Positions 54,908-64,000 of a DNA stretch of 64,000 bases are shown one piece after another. The stretch is from NCBI RefSeq assembly GCF_002113885.1, contig NW_018408507.1, positions 65,999 to 129,998 on the forward strand, written 5' to 3'. Source of the DNA: Mizuhopecten yessoensis. Its lineage: Eukaryota. The notes beneath the pieces were generated by a model, which was not told the origin of the DNA, ran no database searches, and saw nothing but the letters and a program-made list of their open reading frames with translations. The translations under genes and the position numbers were made by a program. Position 1 is the stretch's first letter, and every line of letters begins with the position of its first letter.

Positions 54908-57900
54908 AAGAAAAAATGCCTCGTTACATTTTTCGGCGGAGGGATGGGGATCCTTAAATATCTATGAAACAGAACCCTATTTCTTTATACCTTTGTATGA
55001 TAGCTATATTACATGGACATTGCAATGTTAGTGATCCATCATTTACCTTGGTGAGATGTCCCACAATAAAGTACAACAACTTTATGTGAATTACATGCTT
55101 TTATTGGTATAAAATAGGTCAGTGACCCGCCCTGACGGAGATTTATAGACCATGTCAATCAATAGTCCTGGGCAGAGATTTGTTCTCCAACAACTTGCTA
55201 TAGTAAAACCTAGTTAATTTAGGCCCAACAGTATCAGGAAAATAAATATCCAGGTGTTCATATACATATGAGTACACATGTTAGGTAATGCAGTTGAATA
55301 CCTGTTTCGATTCAAACATTCGGCATGTTGTGGATGTTTTTTTGTTACCCCACCACCAAGTGTAGGATTCTTTACATAAAGTAAAGTTAAAATATTTACT
55401 TTGACTTCCTCTTTTGGACATTGCCCCCAAGAAGAAAGGATAGGTGGTGGTTTTGTTACACACACTGCATTCGTAGGTTAATCCCCTTGGCCAAGGCTAG
55501 TGATCCTTAATACCAATGTTGTTAAAATCTAGATAGTTAGAACAAGTAGTCTTATAAAAGTTGACAGAACGAAGACAATGACCCATGTGACAGAAAAACT
55601 TATTTTAATTTTTTAAACACATTTGACCCCTGTGACCTTGCAATTTTGGTAAGTGGGTCAAGATCACTTATTGGAAAGAAATAAATAGACCATCATTCTA
55701 GCATTTTACAGGCCCAATATCACCAGCCTAGGCCTCTGGGTTCTTCAGATTAAGTTGTCAGAAAAAAAAAATATACCCATAAGCAAGATGGACAGATTGA
55801 CGGATGGACAACAGGGACGCCTCACTGTTGCATCACATTTAATGCCATTAAAGTTAAAAATTAAATGAATAAATGATGACATCAGTTATCCTTAGAGTCA
55901 AAGGCTATACAAGTCAGTCCATTTAAGCCTTTTTAGATGTTCAGATCTTAAGGTTTGTACTGATATACCATTTGATTCGGTTCAAACTTACCTGTCAGAT
56001 AAGTTTGCTTACCTTTGATGACAAATTTCAGATTTTTAAACAGAGCACAAGACTTGTTAACAAAAACCTTTGTAAATGACTGGCTACAAAACTTATGTTT
56101 CCATTTAGGAACAAGATATCTCCGTCTCCATGCCACACATAATGACTTCAAAGGCAGTCATGTTAACAGGATGTCGGACAAGCTCAAGTCTAGTAGCTCC
56201 TATATAGCTATAAAACACCAGAAAGCTACCTACATTTAAGGAACCAGAATACATTCAAACTTTTCATACAAATTTGATCTAGAGAAGATTTGATCTAGAG
56301 AAGATTTTTACGACATAAAATGTTAATGTAACTTCAGCAAAAAGTGATGCACTAACACAAGAGCTGGGGCCTGAATAGACCATCTTGTGGTTTTCACTTA
56401 TAGCATTTTGAATATGGTACACTAATCAAAAGAAAGTGATAAATAAAAGCTGAGAATAGGCAAAAGTTTTGTAACTATAAGTCTTTTACATGAATTAACT
56501 TTTGTTCCTATATTAGGCCTCAACCCTATGCTCACTTTATTATGCTGATCACATTGTCATCTGCTGCCTCCCACCACGTGCACTCTCTCCTAATCCCCTT
56601 CACCCAAGGACCCTGCCCTTCCCCTCTGCCAAAGAGGCCACACACTAGTACTGCATTTATACAACTTCGAGTCCCCTTGGCCAGGGAATACTAAACACCT
56701 GACGTTGTCCCAATCCATTTAGATTTTCCCTTCTGGCAGATGAGTTAAAAAAAAGCATTGTGGTTTTATACTATGCTGTAACTGGGGGGAAAGTAGCCTG
56801 TAATTGCTGAAAGTCAAATGGATACAGATGTCTATGGCCTATGACATGAATATAAGTCACAATAATTGAACCTATTTCACACAAGTATGAAATTATGTCT
56901 TATCAAAACCACATCCTAATACCATGTTACCATATAAAACCCCACAAAGTGTGTAAATTATTGTCAGATCAGAATGACCCTACACTGGTCCGTTTATCTC
57001 GTCAGGTAAATTATACAGGTAATGGCACATAATTGTCAATCCAATCCTCATCACTATCATACACAGAAACATCACTTCTGGCATGACTATCAATCTTTTT
57101 TCATATAACGTAATCAATAAAACCATTTCAACCTTAGTATGCAGACATAGCCAATAGTGACATCTTTCATGACCTGTAAATGTTCTAAGGGAGATAATCC
57201 TGACTTTCATTTCTTATTCGTAAGGCTGAAAGATCTAGAGGCCTCAACATGTCATTACAACACTTATTAATGACTTCTACAAGGCTAGTGTGTATGAATA
57301 ATGTCTGGCGAAAGTAAACAAAGTTAAGTAACATTTCTCTGGTGGAATCGATGTAAAAGTAACATCCTATTTAAAGTAATACTGGCCTTAACCTTTGACC
57401 TCTGAAGGGAAAAGCAACCTGAAGCAAGCATTTTCAGTTAGGAAGCTGTGTTTATGATTTTTTTTTACAGAAACAAATTTTCTGTGACAATGACATACAA
57501 GTGATCTTGAACTGAAAGTCAATTCCATGCAATTACTTTTGATTAGGAAGCTGCAAATGAAGTTGGAGTACGTGTTATATGGTCCAGCTGAAACTAGAGT
57601 TACTGCACCAAACTATTTTATAGTACAAACGAACATGACCTTTGACCTAAAATCCCATGCACACATTTTCCAGCAGGAAATAGTGTATAAAGTTTGAGTG
57701 TTATCAGCCCCCAAGAGTGATTTTGTGAAAATTTAAATTTCTATATATAGTAAGGGCACCTTTGACCTTTGACCTTGGGATCTGAAAAGCAATTCGAAGT
57801 AAGCACCTTCCGTACAAACTTCAGAAGAGTATGAAGTTGGAGTCCGAGGATCCATTGGGAACATGATTTATTTTACAGAAACGGAGGTGAGATGGATACT

Positions 57901-59487
57901 GTTTATCAGTCTTGTACATTGAACATCGGGATGCAAGTTTTAAAGCTGACATCAGATACTCTCATACCTCCAGAGCATGCTTTTCTTTCCTTTCCAAAAC
58001 ATTCATACCACCCCTACGCTTTTTTTTTTTTTTTTTACCCTTGATAACATAGTATACCAACTTAATCATTTGATTCCGGCCTGGTTTGATCACCATACCA
58101 TCAACGAAATAAACAATTTAAGTAAATGATTTGACCTCTCCTGTCAGTAACAATATGATTGATTATATGGGATATAAGTACCTGAAAACTATCAGGCAAC
58201 AACACAATACCATAAATTACCAGAGTGATATACCAGCTAATGATCATTGTGGCCCGTCACACTTTTTATCTCTCTACAATAAAGCTAACTCACTCCTAGT
58301 TTTCAGCCATTGTTTGAATACAGGACGTATGGATTTTTCCTACACATCAATAATTTTCTTACAAAATTTGTTTTATCACCCAAACATTGGCCCGTGTTTG
58401 TTTTAGAACCAATGGCTAAATAAAAAATAATGTCTGATAACGAAGAGAAACAAGATTTATGATGTATCTTTTGTACAGAATGGCGCGGAAGACTGGGCAA
58501 TTAAGCCGAAATCAGCGGTCAGCGTTAACTGGATCATGTTGTTTGTGAGCCCTGTGCTGATAAGACAGTCGGCACCTGTATGTTGGGACATAGCGATCAA
58601 TGTTCAATTAGGACATTTGTTTTCCATATATCAACACTACAAAGGTGGTCCTACTAGAACATAACACATGATAAATCTCTCCACGTCACAGATTGCAGGT
58701 AATATATGTGTAAGCAAACCGCTTTTGTGTAGGGCTGCAGTCGTTGATAGAAATTTTGGTATCGATAAATATATAATATCTACCTTAAAATACTGTGATC
58801 TAACATTGTCATTTTTATCAATTGTCCAAGGCATGTGAAACACCACAGGTCAGCAGCATTAAAGTTAACTTGTTGTCAATGATAAAACACTGTTTATCTT
58901 GTTAGCTTTGTTTAGACATTAGAAATCGTTTGGGGATCTATAGACCCTCCTATTATATGAATCACACAGAGTGCTGACTGAATGAATTCAGTTTTTACAA
59001 AACAAACACAAAGTTGTTGATACTACACTCTGTGATAGTCCTTCATATGTGTTTATATGTTTACTTTGTTAAAGTATCAAAATCATAAAGTCCAGATAGT
59101 GAATGAACCCTATATATCATCACATTTCCTTCAATCTATTTCCACTACTGCAAATCCTAAATAGTCATAAAAATTCCATCAAAACCCCATTAAATTTGCC
59201 ATTTTCATCAAAAATGGTCATTAATATTTTTGGCAAATTAATGCTACTTTTAAGCATTATCATCAGCATTGATTTTTTGAAAAATCACAGATGATTTTTT
59301 ATCAAGGGCCATTAATTTACAAATTACGGTCAATTTTTCGCTTTTTTTCATCACTATAACCATGAGTATTTCTTTTGGTTACTTTTGATCACCATTTTTA
59401 TATTTTTAATGGCTATAAACACTCAAATAATTTGAATCACAATGTACCAGCCATGACCAGTTCTAACAAAATTTTAACTTAAGTTAA

Positions 59488-60578
59488 CCCTTAGGCTGCT
59501 ATATTGATTTCTATGTAAAGGGACACCACTGCTGAATTAATTATTGAAATATAAATTAATTTACTTGATTTTTCAAATGTGCATAACTTGAAAAATATTT
59601 GTAATATGTGAATAAAAATTATAGGAAACTGTTCGTTATTGTCTCTAGTTTATATTAACGTTTTCAATTCTAAAGTTGCTTCAGTATTTACCTGTACAGG
59701 TGGTAATAAAGGTAAGAAAAGGTGAAACTTTTAATTAATTGGATTTAAGCACCAGAAAGATCATTTTAAAATTATTTTTGTCAACAAATGTGATTGGCAA
59801 ATGATAACATTGCATGTGATTTGCTACAGATTTCAGGTCGTCATTCAATATATTTACTGTCATAGTCGGCATAAAGATATATCTTAGCTACGGTCTAGTT
59901 TATGATTAAATCATCGATAAATAGTTTGAAGAAATCAATCGGCTCAAAATGTATCAATGTCAATGTTCAATTTGGCTCACCTGGAGACGACATGTGTAGT
60001 CCGCTAAAACTGACCATAATCGCAGGCTCAAAACTTCTGATCGGTCGCCTATTTATGACGACCGATCAGAATTTTTGAGCCTGCGATTATGGTCAGTTTT
60101 AGCGGACTACACATGTGCGCCTCGGTCCGCCAATATTTTCATGTTTGGATAGGCCACAAAGCCGCTCATTGGAAAGTTACATATTATGTTACACCGAAGT
60201 ATTTCCGCATCAACCATGTCAAACCCTTCAAAACCTTTATTATCATCGTAGGTGACGCTGGAGAATAAATGTTTACCATCATATTCATCGCTTCAATCTA
60301 CACGTCCGCCCTTTTTATGACGTTTTTTCCGATTTGAAATTCTCTCGCACACCTTTGTTTATTACTAGGGTACACTGCCGGGTATATCGAAAGTAATGAC
60401 AAAACAACCAATTAGAACCCTTCTACTATACACGTTCGGGTTTGGTATAGCAACAATCCGCTTTCACACTTCTTATTTACTAATCAAAACCTAAAGATCG
60501 AGAAACCACATATGCGGTGCGTAGCACTGACGACCCGATTTATCGAAAGCGCCAATGTGGCGCGTAGCAGCCTTCGGG
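59488..60578 (-). mobile_element. piggyBac-like non-autonomous/decayed DNA transposon
   Basis: TTAA|CCCTTAGGCTGCTA ... TAGCAGCCTTCGGG|TAAA (14-bp TIR with 12/14 match; one TSD copy mutated). The right end is CpG-rich with an acidic remnant frame SDEYD...DDNKGFEGFD on the minus strand. Confidence 0.55.
59990..60116. repeat. Near-perfect inverted repeat, 58-bp arms and 11-nt loop
   Basis: 59990-60047 is the reverse complement of 60059-60116 with a single mismatch at 60034. Confidence 0.95.
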
Positions 60579-60784
60579 TAAATTCTGATTGTAATGACGA
60601 AGCAACAGTTCAATATACATGTATATAACATTTAATGGACATGGTGTAGGGTATAAGTTAACCAGAAGTTGACCAAAGGGTATCCTGGTGAAGGATGTGA
60701 ATTGACAAGGGGTAAAATTAAACTTGTTGCAAGATATAAATCTTAATATTGATTAATGGTTCTTAACATGCAATGTCAGTTTTA

Positions 60785-62162
60785 ATGTCAATAGGTCTAA
60801 ATTATATTTCCCCTGCTTTCATGGTTTCAATAGGTCTAAATCATATTTCCCATACTTTAAACAGTGTCAATAAGTCTTGATCATGTTTCTCAAACTTCCC
60901 ATACTTTAATGGTTTCAATAGGTCTAAATCATATTTCCCATACTTTAATGGTTTTGATAGGTCTAAATCATCTTTCCCATACTTTAATGGTTTCAATAGG
61001 TCTAAATAATATTTTCCATACTTTAATGGTTTCGATACATCTAAATCATATTTCCCATACTTTAATGGTTTCAAAAGGTCTAAATCATATTTTCCATACT
61101 TTAATGGTTTCGATAGGTCTAAATCATATTTCCCATACTTTAAATAGTGTCAATAAGTCTAAATCATGTTTCTCAAACTTTCCATACTTTAATGGTTTCA
61201 ATAGGTCTAAATCATATTTTCCATACTTTAATGGTTTAGATAGGTCTAAATCATATTTCCCATACTTTAATGGTTTCAATAGGTCTAAATCATATTTCCC
61301 ATACTTAAATGGTTTCAATAGGTCTAAATCATATTTCCCATACTTTAATGGTTTTGATAGGTCTAAATCATATTTCCCATACCTTAATGGTTTCGATAGG
61401 TCTAAATCATATTTCCCATACTTTAAATAGTGTCAATAAGTTTAAATCATGTTTCCCATACTTTAAATAGTGTCAATAAGTTTAAATCATGTTCCTCATA
61501 CATTAAATTGTGTCAATAAGTTTAAATCATGTTTCTCATACATTAATTGTGTCAATAAGTTTAAATCATGTTTCTCATACATTAAATAGTGTCAATAAGT
61601 TTAAATCATGTTTCTCATACATTAAATAGTGTCAATAAGTTTAAATCATATTTCCCATACATTAAATAGTGTCAATAAGTCTAAATCATGCTTCTCATAC
61701 ATTAAATACTGTCAATAGGTCTAAATCATGTTTCTCATACATTAAATAGTGTCAATAAGTTTAAATCATTTTTCCCATCCTTTAAATAGTGTCAATAAGT
61801 TTAAATCATATTTCCCATCCTTTAAATAGTGTCAATAAGTCTAAATCATGTTTCTCATACATTAAATAATGTCAATCGGTCTAAATCATGTTTCTCATAC
61901 ATTAAATAGTGTTAATAGGTCTAAATCATGTTTCTCATACATTAAATTGTGTCAATAGGTCTAGATTATGTTTTCCATATATGTACTTTCACTAGTGTCA
62001 ATAAGTTTAAATCATGTTTCTCATACATTAAATTGTGTCAATAGGTCTAGATTATGTTTTCTATACATGTACTTACTTTCAATAGTGTCAATAAGCTTTG
62101 GCTAGGTCATATTTCCATTTATTTAAATAGTGTCAAGAAGTCTAGATCATGTTTCCAATACT
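60785..62162. repeat. 39/40-bp minisatellite with two subtype domains
   Basis: tcaataggtctaaatcatatttcccatactttaatggtt (39 bp) switches near 61420 to gtcaataagtttaaatcatgtttctcatacattaaatagt (40 bp). Confidence 0.93.
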
Positions 62163-63403
62163 TTCAGGTATGAATTAAAGGAAAAGATAAAAAATGATGC
62201 ATGTGTATATATTTTCTTAAATATGCTTTTACACGATTTAATTTCTATATTATATGAAAAATGTTATTTAAAAAAGGGATTACATACACCAGGTATGACA
62301 CATACAATGAATGTTGACTTCATATTACTTTATACACTACAGCTTTAACACATGAAACAAATCCTTTAAAAACATTTTCCAACACAAGACTTTTCAATGT
62401 AAGTGACGAAGACAGAAGTCAGATGTCTCACCCTCATAAGCAGCATGTGTACATGTACATCTACATATACATGAAAAAACGAACATTATGTGAAAACATA
62501 TACCCTGGAGAAAAACTTGAAAAATATTACCTTTACATGGAAACCATTCTTATAGCAATCCCTTGCAGCCAAACAGGTAAAAACCAGGTGTTGTCAGGTA
62601 AGGTGTTTTGCATCATGTTATCATGCCGAGCACACCAGATGGGTGTGGCCATGTATAGCGTGCAGGTAAATGTCAATATATTATTAGGTCCACGAGTAGT
62701 GCAGACATCTAGCTGGCTACATCATGATCACTATCACCAAAACTAGCCAGCTACAGTACCAAGTTGGACAGACTGGGTATATAACATACACAGCCTAACA
62801 GTTGCATAGAAATGAATGAAAGCCCAGGAAATATATAGAATCGTTACGTTTTCCAGGAACTACAGCGATACATCTCCGCAAGCAAAGAACTCCAGTATAG
62901 AACTGGAAGCAGTGTTGAACACTATACTAGTATCAGGGTGCTTACCACACCACTACAGCAGAGTAAGGCAGGGTCATATTTCATAGAATTACCTCATGCA
63001 ATATGAACCACTGTGATCTTAAATCATTAAAATAAATGCAAACATTGAAGACCTAATAAGAGAAAACATGGTTTTCCTAATGTTTTCAAACTCTGATGTT
63101 TGAAAATATTAATCAGCACTTGTGTAAAGATAAGCTTAACCACAGCAACACAGTATTTACATGTTAATATGTCCGATTGAAGCCATCTGGTATGTGCATG
63201 CAAGGTTGTAACATTACCAAAGAAAACTTCTTTTTATTTTTACTTCAATACCTGCATGTATTTACATTACATGAAAATTGTTGATGCGTGAGCCCTTTTA
63301 TGATAACACGCATCACAATTTAATACTTAAAATTTGCTTTTTCAACTAAAGCTGATGTAACTATCTTTTTAATCAAATTCATCCCCAATCTTAAATCTTG
63401 ATC

Positions 63404-64000
63404 ATGACACTACACCAAGATAACCCTGCTACACAATGTCCAGTTTGACACCTTGACACTACACCAAGATGCATATGACCCCTACACAATGTCCAGTTTG
63501 ACACCTTGACACTTCACCAAGATGCATATGACCCTACACAATGTCCAGTTTGACACCTTGACACTACACCAAGATGCATATGACCCTACACAATGACCAG
63601 TTTGACACCTTGACACTACACCACGATGACCCTACACAATGTCCAGTTTGACACCTTGTCACTACACCACGATGACCCTGCTACATAATGACCAGTTTGA
63701 CACCTTGTCACTTCACCATGATGACCCTACACAATGGCCAGTTTGACGCCTTGACACTACCCCACGATGACCCTGCTACACAATGACCAGTTTGACGCCT
63801 TGACACTGCACCACGATGACCCTACACAATGCCCAGTTTGACACCTTGACACTGCACCTCGATGACCCTACACAAAGTCCAGTTTGACACCTTGCCACTT
63901 CACCATGATGACCCTAGACAATGTCCAGTTTGACACCTTTACACTACACCACGATGACCCTACGCAATGTCCAGTTTGACACCTTTACACTACACCACGA
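63404..64000. repeat. ~49-55-bp minisatellite running off the window end
   Basis: ctacacaatgtccagtttgacaccttgacactacaccacgatgacc. Confidence 0.92.

Noticed and set aside
60300-60580. CpG/CCAAT-rich stretch as the definitive gene promoter
   Set aside because: It lies inside apparent piggyBac-like TIRs, so it cannot be assigned as the promoter without transcript data
60841-61430. ORFs (KPLKYGKYDLDL)n / (FNRSKSYFPYFNG)n
   Set aside because: Translation of the 39-bp minisatellite

Overview
AT-rich, repeat-dense animal genomic DNA. The interspersed repeat types suggest a bivalve mollusc, but this is inference. The window holds one spliced protein-coding gene on the minus strand, an R3HDM1/R3HDM2/ARPP21/encore-family RNA-binding protein. 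I reconstructed it by hand as 17 coding exons (ATG 36868 to TAA 8990, 3219 nt, about 1072 aa). All junctions are GT-AG with consistent phases, and the protein has an R3H domain, a SUZ domain, a Q/P-rich region and a C-terminal RRM-like domain. A probable 3' UTR of about 4 kb follows, and the 5' non-coding exons and promoter are not resolved. The introns and flanks contain about 20 unrelated minisatellite arrays, Helentron/HINE-like non-autonomous elements, a decayed DNA-transposase exon, a piggyBac-like remnant with a 58-bp near-perfect hairpin, and a 949-N gap. The most striking observation is that three arrays (24, 47 and 68 bp units) are tandem amplifications of this gene's own exon/5' splice-donor junctions. 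A fourth array (46 bp) amplifies an acceptor + 12-nt microexon + donor module on the same strand. Together they create ladders of competing splice sites with in-frame, truncating or cassette-exon potential. Most long ORFs in the supplied track are repeat or gap artefacts.
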